This document shows positions 26,484-37,185 of a DNA stretch of 44,125 bases, one piece after another (the first letter of the stretch is position 1; each line of letters begins with the position of its first letter). Source of the DNA: a virus (taxonomy: Duplodnaviria; Caudoviricetes); IMG/VR virus record IMGVR_UViG_3300008255_000198, positions 1 through 44,125 of that record, one strand, 5' to 3'. The position numbers and the translations under genes are program-made. A model generated the notes under the pieces. That model saw nothing but the letters and a program-made list of their open reading frames with translations, had not been told where the DNA came from and did not search any database.

Positions 26484-28422
26484 AACTAGTAGCCGTCAAT
26501 TGTCCTCTGACATTATTGATAAGGACCTCGGTTATGAATATCCAGAAGGATTAGACCTTCGTCCTAGCTCTAAGTTGCATTCTTTTATTCTAAACGAGGT
26601 AATGCGCCGCTCCCGTGAGAGCTATGATGTTATGAGTACTAGGCATGAGAGTTGGAATAAGATTGATAAAAAGCTAACTGCTTTTATTGACCTAACTGAT
26701 AACGAGAAGGTTATTAAAGCGGCTGATACGACCCGTCCTGTTTCTATTGTGGTTCCACTTAGCTATGCTACATTGCAAACATTGTTAACTTACTGGACTA
26801 GCGCCTTTGGTGGTGATAATACCATTTTTAAGTATGAGGGTACTGGTCCTGAAGATACACTTGGTGCTATTCTCCTTGAGCTTGTTATATCTTATCAGGC
26901 TAGAAAACGCAAGTTTATTTTGGCCTTACATACAATGTGGCGGGATAGTCTAGCTTATGGCATTGGTGTGTGTGTACCAAAGTGGTCTCGTATAGTTGGC
27001 CGTAAGACATTACCTGAGGCACAAGGCTTTATAAGTCGCACTCTTGGTATGTTTGTACCTAGTGCTTATAGCCGGCGAAGTGTCAATACTATTGTGTATG
27101 AGGGTAATGAGCTAGAAAACATTGATCCTTATTTTTACCTGCCGGATCCTACTATGCCTGTTCATCGTGTGCAGGATATGGAGTATGTTGGTTGGCTTAG
27201 CCGCACCAATATTATGAATATTCTTAACGAAGAGAGGTATGGTAAAAGTACATTGTTTAATGGCCGCTACTTAAAGTCTGTGAAGGATGGCCGTAGTTGG
27301 TTGTATAATGAAGGTAGCTACAAACGCCATGAGTTTAGCCAGGAAGCGCAAACTACTTCCGTTCAGGTGATGGACCGTATTCATCAATATATTAAGTTGA
27401 TACCTAAAGATTGGGGTATAGGCTCTAGCAAGTATCCGGAAACTTGGATATTCACTATTGCCGCTGACCAAGTTGTGATACAAGCTAATCCTGTTAATCT
27501 CGACCACAATATGTTTCCTGTGGCTGTATGTGCACCAGAGTTTGATGGGCATAGTGCTGTTCCTATTAGTTCTATTGAGGTTACATATGGCTTACAGGAG
27601 ATAGTGGACTTTCTATTTAATAGCCACATTGCTAATGTAAAGAAGGCTATTAACGACGTTCTTATAATTGACCCTTTCAAACTTAACATGAACGACCTGA
27701 AAAATCCGGGTGCTGGTGGCTTAGTACGCTTACGCCGGAGTGCTTGGGGTAAGGGTGTTGATGGTAGCTATGCGCAGCTTAGGATTACGGATATAACCCA
27801 AAGTAATATAGCCGATGTGAAGTTCATAAGTGATATGGTACAAAATGCTACTGGTGCCACTGATATACTACAAGGTGTGCTCCGTCGTACCCGTGATCGA
27901 GTAACTGCGCAAGAGATTAGGGATAGCAAAATGGCTGCTCTTAGCCGTGTTGAGCATGGTGCTAAGATAGGCAGTGTCCAAGCTCATCAGGATCTAGCCT
28001 ATATGTGTGCTAGCCATACCCAACAATTTATGGAACAAGACACCTATGTTAAAATAGTAGGTGAATGGGAGTCTAGGCTTCGTACTGAATATAATATTCA
28101 AAGCCCTGAGTACAGAGTCAGTCCTATAGACTTAATGGTTGACTTTGATGTATTGCCAGTAGATGGTTCTAGCCAGGATTCTGAATTTGCGGATGTTTGG
28201 GCTCAGTTATTTCAAACTATTGTACAGGCACCGCCGGAAATATCTACGCAATTTGATATAGTTCGTATCCTAGAACATATTGCCCGCCTAAGTGGTGCTA
28301 AGAATTTCCGTGAGTTTATGGCTAAGGGCCAGCCAATCCGTGCTCAGATTATGCCTGATGAACTTATCCAGAATCGTGTAGACTCTGGTAAGATAGTTCC
28401 AATACAGGAGTTTATGCAATGA
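26458..28422 (+). CDS. Portal protein
   Basis: 654 aa between terL and scaffold/capsid; YGIG, TGATDILQG, VTAQEI patterns of podoviral portals. Confidence 0.88.
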   Translation: MPPHLPQNRTSSRQLSSDIIDKDLGYEYPEGLDLRPSSKLHSFILNEVMRRSRESYDVMSTRHESWNKIDKKLTAFIDLTDNEKVIKAADTTRPVSIVVPLSYATLQTLLTYWTSAFGGDNTIFKYEGTGPEDTLGAILLELVISYQARKRKFILALHTMWRDSLAYGIGVCVPKWSRIVGRKTLPEAQGFISRTLGMFVPSAYSRRSVNTIVYEGNELENIDPYFYLPDPTMPVHRVQDMEYVGWLSRTNIMNILNEERYGKSTLFNGRYLKSVKDGRSWLYNEGSYKRHEFSQEAQTTSVQVMDRIHQYIKLIPKDWGIGSSKYPETWIFTIAADQVVIQANPVNLDHNMFPVAVCAPEFDGHSAVPISSIEVTYGLQEIVDFLFNSHIANVKKAINDVLIIDPFKLNMNDLKNPGAGGLVRLRRSAWGKGVDGSYAQLRITDITQSNIADVKFISDMVQNATGATDILQGVLRRTRDRVTAQEIRDSKMAALSRVEHGAKIGSVQAHQDLAYMCASHTQQFMEQDTYVKIVGEWESRLRTEYNIQSPEYRVSPIDLMVDFDVLPVDGSSQDSEFADVWAQLFQTIVQAPPEISTQFDIVRILEHIARLSGAKNFREFMAKGQPIRAQIMPDELIQNRVDSGKIVPIQEFMQ

Positions 28423-28754
28423 AAGAGCCGCTACCTTTTGCAGTTGATATGGCAGAATTTTTGCCGGATGAGGCAGCTAAGGAGTCTACATGTCAAGATT
28501 GGCTTGACTACCTTGACTCTAACGTGTGCCGTGATACTAAAGTGTATATGCAACACTACCTTGCGCGTATGCGAGATGAGCTAGAAAATACGGAACTAGC
28601 AGTAGAAGCCACAGCATCTGTTAGGGGCGGATGTGCTATCCTACGTTTGCTGCTTGATTTGCCACAGGTATTTGTAGAGAGTTTTTCAGAGGCCGCTCCA
28701 GTAGATGTACTGGAAGAGCAACCAAAGGAAGATGAGGAGAGCCAAGATGAGTGA
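28419..28754 (+). CDS. Small protein following portal
   Basis: ATGA coupling; VRGG..LRLLLDLP. Confidence 0.75.
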   Translation: MKEPLPFAVDMAEFLPDEAAKESTCQDWLDYLDSNVCRDTKVYMQHYLARMRDELENTELAVEATASVRGGCAILRLLLDLPQVFVESFSEAAPVDVLEEQPKEDEESQDE

Positions 28755-29676
28755 GCAGGATAAAATGCCAGAACAGCTTGCAGTTGAGGAAGCTAACCGC
28801 ACTTCTGTGTCTAAGATGTTGGACCAGATGATTAAAGGTGTTGGAGATTCAGGCAAGACAATTGACCTTACGGATGATAACCTTCCCACGGAAGTGGAAG
28901 GTGATCACGAGCAAGAGGCTATTGTTAAGGCTGGCGAAGAAGAGCCGGAAGTGAGAGATGAAGAGGGTGAAGAGGAGCTTTCTGGTGAGGAGAGTGAAGA
29001 GGGTGAAGAAGAGGAAGTTAAGGAAGTTGAAGAAGTTGAGGAGAAAGAAGCTAGACCCCTAAAAGGTAAAGAGAGTGAGGTTGAGTTACTCCGCCGTGAA
29101 GTTATAGAAACCCGGCGGCAGATGGATCAGATGCTCCAGAGTGGTCGTTTTGTGAAGGCACCGGATGATAGTATAGGTGGAGATAGGGACCAACGTAAAG
29201 AATTACAGGTCCTTGATTTTATAAGAAACGACGAGGAATATGAGTCCGCTATTAGTAGCCGCGACTCCCTCAACCGTCTTATGAACCGTGTATACTACAC
29301 CGCGCTCCAAGAGACCCAACGGGCTGTTCCAATAGTAGCTCAAGCTGTGGTAGAGCAAACTTTTCAACTACAGGCTATGGCTAAGGACTTCTTCGAGAAG
29401 AATAGAGACCTTCTTCCTTATCGCCGCTTTGTTGGCTCTGTTGTAAATGAGGTATATGCAGAGAATCCATCTAAAGACCCAGTTAAGGTCTTGGATGAAG
29501 CTGCGACACGTGCTAGGAAATCGTTACGGTTGAAGGTACAGCAAAAAAAGGAAATGCGCCGTAGTAAGGGCGCTAAGGTTTCTGCTGGGGCTAATTTTAC
29601 ACCTACGCAGGGAAGTCGGCCTCCAATTAAGTCTGATACTCGCACCAAGTTACAAATAGAACTTGATGAGATGTAA
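28747..29676 (+). CDS. Capsid scaffolding protein
   Basis: Acidic, coiled-coil, upstream of the capsid gene; GAGGAG SD. Confidence 0.8.
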   Translation: MSEQDKMPEQLAVEEANRTSVSKMLDQMIKGVGDSGKTIDLTDDNLPTEVEGDHEQEAIVKAGEEEPEVRDEEGEEELSGEESEEGEEEEVKEVEEVEEKEARPLKGKESEVELLRREVIETRRQMDQMLQSGRFVKAPDDSIGGDRDQRKELQVLDFIRNDEEYESAISSRDSLNRLMNRVYYTALQETQRAVPIVAQAVVEQTFQLQAMAKDFFEKNRDLLPYRRFVGSVVNEVYAENPSKDPVKVLDEAATRARKSLRLKVQQKKEMRRSKGAKVSAGANFTPTQGSRPPIKSDTRTKLQIELDEM

Positions 29677-29687
29677 GGAGATAAATT

Positions 29688-30014
29688 ATGATTCCAAGAG
29701 ATTTTCTTGAGGTTAGGGCTGGTAACGCACCGGTTAAGATAGTAACAGCTGCTGAAACCCTCGATGTAGAGGACCAGCTTGTGCTGGCTGTTGGTGGTAA
29801 CTATGCTATCACGTTACCGAACTGCTGGAAAGCTCGTGGCAAAGATTACTTAATCTATCGCCATGAGGGTACTGTAGGTAGTATAACTGTGCAGGACCAG
29901 GATGAGACTGCTAACCCCTATACGAGTGCAGCCACAACTGTCCGGGATGATTTTGTCCTGGTTAGAAGTTTTGGCTATGTTTGGATCGAGTTGAGAGAGC
30001 AAACCACTATCTAA
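29688..30014 (+). CDS. Putative capsid decoration protein
   Basis: ITLP...GKDYLI beta-rich pattern; next to MCP. Confidence 0.65.
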   Translation: MIPRDFLEVRAGNAPVKIVTAAETLDVEDQLVLAVGGNYAITLPNCWKARGKDYLIYRHEGTVGSITVQDQDETANPYTSAATTVRDDFVLVRSFGYVWIELREQTTI

Positions 30015-30033
30015 CAATTGAAAGGTTTGAAAT

Positions 30034-31350
30034 ATGAGTTCTATAACGGCTTTCCCAGGTATGAGAGGTAGCGGTGACTTTACCGTTACTGGCCAGCGGC
30101 CTGAAAGTTGGCGCCAGAAAATCCTTGAACTTGACATCAATGGTATGACCCCTTTAACGGGTATACTATCCATGATGGATGAGAAGAGGGTAACTGATCC
30201 ACACTTCCATTGGTATACTCGCAAGATGAGTAGCCAAGCAGTGTCGGGTACAGCTGGGGCCTTCATCTACAAAAACGCGGACCTTGCTACAGCCTATATT
30301 GCTGGTGATGACTTCGCAGAGGGCCTTACGGTTTATGCGAAGATGAGTGCGGCTAATAGCAAGATGTTCCGTGTTGGTCATCAGGTTGGTATGCTTGATG
30401 AGAGTGACTATACCAATACTCTCAATGGTGAAGTTACTGCTGTAGTTCAAAACGGTGCAAGTAGCTATGTGGCAATTGAGCTACTTGAGGCAGATGGTAC
30501 AGGTAATGGTGACCTAAGCAATTGCGATTACCTAATCGTTATTGGTAATGCTAATAGTGAAGGTGCTAGCATTCCTGATTCGATTGCCTATGATCCAACT
30601 GAGAACTACAACTACACCCAGATTTTCCAGACCTCACTAGACCTAACGCGTACGGCTCTGCAAACCGAGTTACGCACTGGTGATCCTTACAAGGATGCTA
30701 AGATACAGGCTTTGCTGTATCATGGTGTTGAGATGGAGAAGGCGTTTATTTGGGGTGTTCGTAAGCTTAAGTATGGCCCGAATGGTAAACCTAAGCGATA
30801 CACCATGGGGCTGTACCACTTTATCAAGGGTGAAGCTGATGCAGTGAAGTATGACTACCGCCTTGAGACCGATGCGGCTTTTTTGCACAAAACGTGGACT
30901 CAGGCTGGTGAGACTTGGCTTAACACACGTCTTGAAGAGGCATTTCGTTTCGGTAGCCAAGAGAAGTTAGGCTTGTGTGGTAGTGCAGCTTTACTTGGTA
31001 TTAACCAGCTAGTACAGGCTGGTACTAACTATGATATTACCCAAAGTGACCGTAGTTATGGCATTAAGGTGCTAAATTGGGTTACACCATTTGGTACTCT
31101 AATGCTCAAAACGCATCCGTTGTTCAACTATGTTCCACCTTTCCGGAACACTATTTTCATTCTTGAGGCTAGTAACCTGAAATATCGTTATATCCAGGAT
31201 ACGATCTTTAAGGCTGATAAGAAGTGGCGTGAAGGTGGGCAGACCTCCATCGACGGTTTGAAAGAATCCTATCTGACTGAGTGTGGGCTTGAATTCCGTT
31301 ACCCAGAAACCATGGGTTATTTCAACGGCGTTGGTAAAGATAATCCTTAA
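30034..31350 (+). CDS. Major capsid protein (SU10/DUF5309-like)
   Basis: NYTQIF, EMEKAFIWG, TPFGTL..HP, E.YLTECGL. Confidence 0.9.
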   Translation: MSSITAFPGMRGSGDFTVTGQRPESWRQKILELDINGMTPLTGILSMMDEKRVTDPHFHWYTRKMSSQAVSGTAGAFIYKNADLATAYIAGDDFAEGLTVYAKMSAANSKMFRVGHQVGMLDESDYTNTLNGEVTAVVQNGASSYVAIELLEADGTGNGDLSNCDYLIVIGNANSEGASIPDSIAYDPTENYNYTQIFQTSLDLTRTALQTELRTGDPYKDAKIQALLYHGVEMEKAFIWGVRKLKYGPNGKPKRYTMGLYHFIKGEADAVKYDYRLETDAAFLHKTWTQAGETWLNTRLEEAFRFGSQEKLGLCGSAALLGINQLVQAGTNYDITQSDRSYGIKVLNWVTPFGTLMLKTHPLFNYVPPFRNTIFILEASNLKYRYIQDTIFKADKKWREGGQTSIDGLKESYLTECGLEFRYPETMGYFNGVGKDNP

Positions 31351-31392
31351 TAAGGAGGTTAGAATATCTACCTTACTTACGAATACAGCGTA

Positions 31393-31417
31393 GGCGTGTA
31401 AAATAATTGTACACGGT
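31393..31417. promoter_or_regulatory. Dispersed palindrome copy 9
   Basis: GGCGTGTAAAATAATTGTACACGGT, followed by a GC hairpin at 31421-31442. Confidence 0.9.
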
Positions 31418-31455
31418 ATGGGGGCCTCCATGAGGGGGCCCCTTAGGAGAATTAT

Positions 31456-32196
31456 ATGGCCCTGCTAAGTACTGTAAAGCTCCTAATTGAAATGACAGGT
31501 AGAAATGACCTAGTAGTTGACCTAACTAACTACGCAGAGCCAACAAGTGGTCTAGGTGCTCGTTATTGGCTGAATCGTGCTCAGCGATTATTAGATCGTG
31601 TGCAGGTTACTCCTCAAAGTGATGCTTGGTATATTACTAAGCCTGTAGCTGGTACTTATACTATCCAGATGGCTCAATGTCGGGCTATTACAGAGTTCTG
31701 GTATACAAATAGCGATGGGGAACGAGCTAAGATAGAGCGTGTTCAGTTGGATAACTTTAGGTCCTATTATTACAAAGATGTGTCCGAGTACGATCAGGGT
31801 GTACCTGAGTTTTATGCTATCCAACAATTCCGCCAGGCACCTAGTCAGCAAGGTATAGTACCAGACGCTGGGACAGATGACTACCAAGACCTGATTATTG
31901 GTGCTGCTGATACCTATCAAGGTATCATATTTATGCCACCTAGTGATGGTACGGTGTCTTATCGTATTAAAGGTAAGTTTTACTGTAAGGTACTAACTGC
32001 CGATGTGGATACTAGTTATTGGACCGAAGAGTGCCCAGAGGCGCTTGTCCTTGCAGCTAAGTGGTTTCTTGAAGGTATGTATAAAAATGAGAGTGGTCTA
32101 AACTCCCTAATGGCAGCATTACAGCCTATACTTGATAGTATTGAGATGGATAATATTGAGACTGAGAGTGCTGGTGTTATACAAATGGAGGGCTAG
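31456..32196 (+). CDS. Head-tail adaptor (tail tubular A-like)
   Basis: Position after MCP; WLNRAQR, G.PEFY, PPSD..Y patterns. Confidence 0.7.
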   Translation: MALLSTVKLLIEMTGRNDLVVDLTNYAEPTSGLGARYWLNRAQRLLDRVQVTPQSDAWYITKPVAGTYTIQMAQCRAITEFWYTNSDGERAKIERVQLDNFRSYYYKDVSEYDQGVPEFYAIQQFRQAPSQQGIVPDAGTDDYQDLIIGAADTYQGIIFMPPSDGTVSYRIKGKFYCKVLTADVDTSYWTEECPEALVLAAKWFLEGMYKNESGLNSLMAALQPILDSIEMDNIETESAGVIQMEG

Positions 32197-32198
32197 AA

Positions 32199-32609
32199 AT
32201 GGTCCGGAAGATTGTGGTTAGTCCTAGCATTTTATCTCACCATACAACAGTGGTGGGTCCAGAGGGCACCATAGCTTACTTTATATTTCCATATAGTGGT
32301 AGAATTGGTAAGGGCCGAATTAGGATTAAGCAGAAGGAAGGCAACAAGACTATAGTTGCCCTTGTAGCTTATACCAGTATTAAGGGTGTGGTTACCAATT
32401 ATAAAGATGCATTTGATAAGAATGGAGAGGCCACCTTCCCAGATTACTATGAGGTAGAAGAGGGAGGCTGCCTTCGTATTAGCTTGTTATTTGAAATGGG
32501 TGGATTTGTAGATGAGGGTATTATCGAGGCCGCTGTGAGTTGTGGTTTCTTACCAACCCCGGTGCCGGAGATGGTGTTAGTTATAGGACAAGAAGATGCC
32601 TCGGGATGA
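32199..32609 (+). CDS. Hypothetical virion protein
   Basis: 136 aa, GGAGG SD. Confidence 0.7.
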   Translation: MVRKIVVSPSILSHHTTVVGPEGTIAYFIFPYSGRIGKGRIRIKQKEGNKTIVALVAYTSIKGVVTNYKDAFDKNGEATFPDYYEVEEGGCLRISLLFEMGGFVDEGIIEAAVSCGFLPTPVPEMVLVIGQEDASG

Positions 32610-34161
32610 ACACTTTGAAATAGAGCCAAAGCAGCTAAGACTACGGCCTAGCTTACGAATGCCTCGTAATAGCATATTATTGACTGACTGTAAGGCTTGT
32701 AAGAGTAAACCGGAAGCATTAGTAGGATACAAAGTACTAGATGTACCTATTAGTGCTGCTAAGTTGGCTGCCGCAGTACCGGCTATTGTATTTAGTTGGC
32801 CATTTCCACAACTAATTAGAGGCTCTGCGGTAACCTTGCTTTGTACTAGCACTAATGTTTACTTGGTAGATGAGAGTAATTGGACCATAACTACTATAAC
32901 CACCTACGACTATTACAATCCTGCTATTTCACAGGCGATAGTGGCGGGTGGATATTGGCATTTTGCGGATTTCTTTAATACTTGGTTTTTGTATAACGGT
33001 AGCTGTTCTGTTATGAAGTTTGGTGATGACATTAAGTATTATACCCAAGACGAAGTAACAATCAAGTCTGGTTGTGCTATGCGAGGCCGGTTAATTCTCT
33101 ATGGTTTCAACGCCTCTGATTATTGGAGTAACACCTGGGACACTATTCTGACTAGCCTAATGACCAGCGAAGAGCCTCCACATAGTAGTCTACCAACCAC
33201 CATGACCGATGTTGGGCCGAATTGGCTCTGGTATAGCACTATTGGTGGTGGGGATATTAAGTTTATCCACAACCCGACGCTTGCTCAGGTAGGTAGTTTA
33301 GGACTTACTGATGGGCACACCGCTACAAATCCGTTATTCCTTGATTATCTAAAACGCAATGAATGTGGGTTGATTCCAACCCGTGCTCAAGACTCTGGCT
33401 TGGTGATTAAACCGCTGGGGACCCTACTGATAGCTTTTGGTTTTGATGCTATTTCCGTATATCAGCAGTTTTCTGAACCTGTTCCTAGCTTCGGATTGCT
33501 TCGTACTTTTCCATATGGTATAGCTAGCCGTGGGGCAGTAGGGGGTAATGAGGATGCTGGTTACATTTTTGTGGATGATCGTGCTTATCTGCGTAGTGTG
33601 GATAGAGAAGGAAACATATCCAAATTAGACTACCAAGAATTTATGGATGGCATGACATTAGCTAACATAGTAGTATCTTATGATCCGGCGGAGGGTGAGT
33701 TTTTTATCTCGGATGGAATATCCACCTTTGTCTATGTTCTTGATTCACAGGGTCTAACGAAAGCCCCAGAGGCAGTAACAGGTATAGTCACAGCCGAAGG
33801 TAACACCTATGCTATGACTAAAGCCTACACCGACGATGACTTTTTGCTGGTAACTGATACGTTCGATATGGGAGTACGTGGCCTCAAGCAAATAAAGGGT
33901 ATCGAGGTTGGCGGCTCTCCCGATACTACTCTTGAGGCCGCGTTTGATTATAGGAATGATGGAAGCGCCTCGTTCACGCGAACAGCCTATCGTAACTGTA
34001 ATTCGATGGGTTGGGTGGAAATGAACCTAACTGCTGTTGAATTTCGCCTGGTACTTCGTGTGAGTACCAGGACCGGTAATGAGAAGATTGATTATATCAA
34101 GGTAAAATGGCAACCAATTGACTTCCGAAGCACTAGATATTCAGTCCGAGCCGGAGGGTGA
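32596..34161 (+). CDS. Tail nozzle/stabilisation protein (beta-propeller-like)
   Basis: 521 aa, beta-rich, podoviral synteny. Confidence 0.7.
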   Translation: MPRDEHFEIEPKQLRLRPSLRMPRNSILLTDCKACKSKPEALVGYKVLDVPISAAKLAAAVPAIVFSWPFPQLIRGSAVTLLCTSTNVYLVDESNWTITTITTYDYYNPAISQAIVAGGYWHFADFFNTWFLYNGSCSVMKFGDDIKYYTQDEVTIKSGCAMRGRLILYGFNASDYWSNTWDTILTSLMTSEEPPHSSLPTTMTDVGPNWLWYSTIGGGDIKFIHNPTLAQVGSLGLTDGHTATNPLFLDYLKRNECGLIPTRAQDSGLVIKPLGTLLIAFGFDAISVYQQFSEPVPSFGLLRTFPYGIASRGAVGGNEDAGYIFVDDRAYLRSVDREGNISKLDYQEFMDGMTLANIVVSYDPAEGEFFISDGISTFVYVLDSQGLTKAPEAVTGIVTAEGNTYAMTKAYTDDDFLLVTDTFDMGVRGLKQIKGIEVGGSPDTTLEAAFDYRNDGSASFTRTAYRNCNSMGWVEMNLTAVEFRLVLRVSTRTGNEKIDYIKVKWQPIDFRSTRYSVRAGG

Positions 34162-34615
34162 TATAGCTGAGCCTATTCTAGTTAGGCTTACTGCTACTCA
34201 AATATCGCTACATTGGGAAGCTATATCTATTGGTATACTTAATGGCTTACGGGTTGGTCCAATAGACGATATGGAGGTTGTAAAAGCGCGTTTGTTGCAG
34301 GCTATACTACGCAGGTATTTAGAGTGTTGGGTAATAGTTCCAATTACAAAACAACGGCAGATTCTAGGTGTAATAACTACACTATTCTCCGGTGATATGT
34401 ATGCGGGGGAGAAAACCCTGATTATATACTCCTTATACCGTTATGAAAAAATGGAGCAACACCTTTGGCCTTCATTACTTAAGACACTTTTAACTTATGC
34501 AAAGGCTAATAATTGTCATAGGTTAATAGCATACACTGAATTTGATCGGGTTGTAGAACTTGCTACCTCACTTGGCGCCAAAACGAGTGTGAGGTTACTG
34601 GAGTGGGAGGTGTGA
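34118..34615 (+). CDS. GNAT-like virion morphogenesis protein
   Basis: LLTYAKANNCHRL...LG pattern; position after nozzle; start uncertain. Confidence 0.6.
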   Translation: MTSEALDIQSEPEGDIAEPILVRLTATQISLHWEAISIGILNGLRVGPIDDMEVVKARLLQAILRRYLECWVIVPITKQRQILGVITTLFSGDMYAGEKTLIIYSLYRYEKMEQHLWPSLLKTLLTYAKANNCHRLIAYTEFDRVVELATSLGAKTSVRLLEWEV

Positions 34616-34616
34616 T

Positions 34617-35438
34617 ATGAGAGGTGGAGGATCGTCTGGGAAGGTTGGGTATCCGGCTTATATGGAAACTAAGCATACTGCTTGGTTAGATAGTATTGCT
34701 ACACTTATAACGGCAGATACAGCAGGTGCTGGACCTTATAATACTGCTTTCTCTTATGATCCAGATTATGATTTATCCAATTTTCAGGACAAGATCGATT
34801 CTTTTATTGATACGATAGATGTTGTTGAACCAATACTGGATTATGAAACTTTCCTTGCCGCCGCAGCCTCGGCTGTAGATGCTAGTTTAGAGCCTGATAC
34901 CTACATAGATGAAGCAACAGTGGCCTATGAGAGTGCCCAGCTACCCCCTTATTTCCGCTCTATTAACCGTTTTACTGGGCCTATGAGTGATCTAAATGCG
35001 GTCCATACCTCCGCTTTTGTTATTGGTATGGCTATTATGGAGCAGAGTTTCCAAAATAATGTGGATGGCTTTGCGGCTCAACTTAAGGTGCAACGGAGCC
35101 AAATTAGGGCTACAGCTATCCTTGATGGTGTTCGCTCTATTATGCAATTGTTCAATTTTGAGTTACAGGGTGACTTAAATATAGCACAGTTACAAGGTGA
35201 TTTTGCCTATAAGGCTATTGGTTTTAAAACAAACCAATATGAACAAGACTTAGCCATCGACGTACATGATATAATGTGGGATTACGATGTATTTATGCGA
35301 GGTGGTGAAATGCTTGGCTCAATTAGCGGTGCGGCTGCTGGTCCGCTTAAAACACCTAGAGGCCAACAGATGCTTAGTGGCGGCCTTAGTGGCATAGCCA
35401 GCCTTGCTACGACACTTGGTACTTTGGGAGTGCTATAG
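34617..35438 (+). CDS. Internal virion/ejection protein
   Basis: MRGGGSSG start, Gly-rich hydrophobic C-terminus. Confidence 0.7.
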   Translation: MRGGGSSGKVGYPAYMETKHTAWLDSIATLITADTAGAGPYNTAFSYDPDYDLSNFQDKIDSFIDTIDVVEPILDYETFLAAAASAVDASLEPDTYIDEATVAYESAQLPPYFRSINRFTGPMSDLNAVHTSAFVIGMAIMEQSFQNNVDGFAAQLKVQRSQIRATAILDGVRSIMQLFNFELQGDLNIAQLQGDFAYKAIGFKTNQYEQDLAIDVHDIMWDYDVFMRGGEMLGSISGAAAGPLKTPRGQQMLSGGLSGIASLATTLGTLGVL

Positions 35439-35462
35439 GCGTGTACAATTATTTTACACGGT
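35438..35462. promoter_or_regulatory. Dispersed palindrome copy 10
   Basis: GGCGTGTACAATTATTTTACACGGT, directly at a TAG stop. Confidence 0.9.
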
Positions 35463-35481
35463 ATAGTTGGAGGTTATTCAA

Positions 35482-37185
35482 ATGGGTATGAATGAAGAAC
35501 AAGCCCTAACACTTGTCAAAACACTATCACAGTGGGGACAGTCATTAGGCCAGCCAGGTGATTTTGGTTATGACCTTGGTGCTTCTACGGAACAAACAGC
35601 TGACCAGATGCTTTCACAGGTTAAGTATGATAAGTATAAGAAGGAACAAGAAAAGCAAAAGAAGTCCGGCCAGTATGGTAAAATTGGTAGTGTTGTTGGT
35701 AGCATTATAGGTAGTACTATTGCCCCCGGTGTAGGTACAGTAATAGGTAGTACTTTAGGTGAAACTATTGGTAGTACTGCAGGTGGTGGTGATGCTTGGG
35801 AGAGTTTTAAAGGTTCGGCCATAAATGCTGGTACTAACCTTGCTGTTAGTAAGTTAACTAACACGGGGGCAAATAAGGCCGCTGAGGTTGCCGACAAGGG
35901 AACTGAAAAGCCCGACGTTGAGCCGATTAAGATTAAGGCTGGTGAAGACATAGCCGCTGATACGGCCGATAGACTTACCATACCTAGTAGAGCTAATACT
36001 AGCCCTACAGGCGCTGGTGATATTGCACCCATAAATACTAAAGGTGAGCAACCAGGATTTCTTGGTCGACTTAAACAGAGTGCAGGTACTTACCTCTCAG
36101 ATCCTCAGAATGTATCCAACCTCATATCGCTGGTGGAACAAGCCACAACTAAATCTGAGCCTGCAATTGACACCAGAGGTCTAAGCCCCGAAGCGGCGGA
36201 CCGTCTTACTACTAGGGTGGCTCAAGAGCGCCAGTTGCAAATGCAAGGTTTACAAACCGAGCAGGAAAATAAGTTCCGTAGTGAGTCAGGAGCTAGAGAG
36301 GAGAAACAGTTAGGATTAGAGGAGAGGCGACTAAACTTAGCGGAGAGGCCACAACCCCACTATGCTGATGTACCTATACTAGATGCTGCGGGAGTTAAAA
36401 TAGGTAGTAGACCTGCTATAGTAACTACTGACACTACAGGTGCAATTAATATGATACCTATACCTGGTGTTGAAGGTGTAGCTGAACCAGAGGTACTTCC
36501 ATTTGGTGGTGTATTTATACCTAAAACAGAGGTTGCTAAGATGCCTTTAGAGACTCAGTATAGGATACAAAGAGAAGCTGCTACTGCTGAAGCTGCGGCT
36601 GTTTCAGAGGCTAGATTACCTGCTCAGCTTGAGGCAATACAAGCCAGAGGTGCTATTAGAGGTGGTGGGGCTGCTGGAGCAAGGCCAGTTATGGTACAGA
36701 CTAATCAAGGTCTTGTACCAATGGATCCTCGGCAACTTCCATTAAATGCTCCTATTCCCGGAACAGCCCTGACTCTAGGTGAACAAGCCCAAGATACTGC
36801 AAACTTAGGTGAGCCACAAAAGGTTATTAACGGGTTTGTTAGTGAAGCATTGTTACAAGGTGGATACGCAAAAGTGGATCCTAATGGTATGCTTTCTATA
36901 CTTAGTGGCACCGAGAGCCAACAGACCCAAGTAGCTTATATAGCCGCAGTAACTAAAGAGAAGATGCGGACAGGATTAGAAATGTACCATACTTATGGTA
37001 TTCCTACTATTCGTCCTGATAGGATGATGGTGATTATTTGGCGACCTAAGGTAGACAGGGTGGATACAGAAATAGGAATGATGCCTAGCCTAAACCCACT
37101 AGCAGCTAGTGGGCAGGTAACTGGTGGTGGTACTCCAGGATTGACCATACCAGATGAAGGAGGATTACACTTTGGGAACGAGTAG
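35482..37185 (+). CDS. Internal virion/ejection protein with glycine zipper
   Basis: GSVVGSIIGSTIAPGVGTVIGSTLG; GGAGG SD. Confidence 0.75.
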   Translation: MGMNEEQALTLVKTLSQWGQSLGQPGDFGYDLGASTEQTADQMLSQVKYDKYKKEQEKQKKSGQYGKIGSVVGSIIGSTIAPGVGTVIGSTLGETIGSTAGGGDAWESFKGSAINAGTNLAVSKLTNTGANKAAEVADKGTEKPDVEPIKIKAGEDIAADTADRLTIPSRANTSPTGAGDIAPINTKGEQPGFLGRLKQSAGTYLSDPQNVSNLISLVEQATTKSEPAIDTRGLSPEAADRLTTRVAQERQLQMQGLQTEQENKFRSESGAREEKQLGLEERRLNLAERPQPHYADVPILDAAGVKIGSRPAIVTTDTTGAINMIPIPGVEGVAEPEVLPFGGVFIPKTEVAKMPLETQYRIQREAATAEAAAVSEARLPAQLEAIQARGAIRGGGAAGARPVMVQTNQGLVPMDPRQLPLNAPIPGTALTLGEQAQDTANLGEPQKVINGFVSEALLQGGYAKVDPNGMLSILSGTESQQTQVAYIAAVTKEKMRTGLEMYHTYGIPTIRPDRMMVIIWRPKVDRVDTEIGMMPSLNPLAASGQVTGGGTPGLTIPDEGGLHFGNE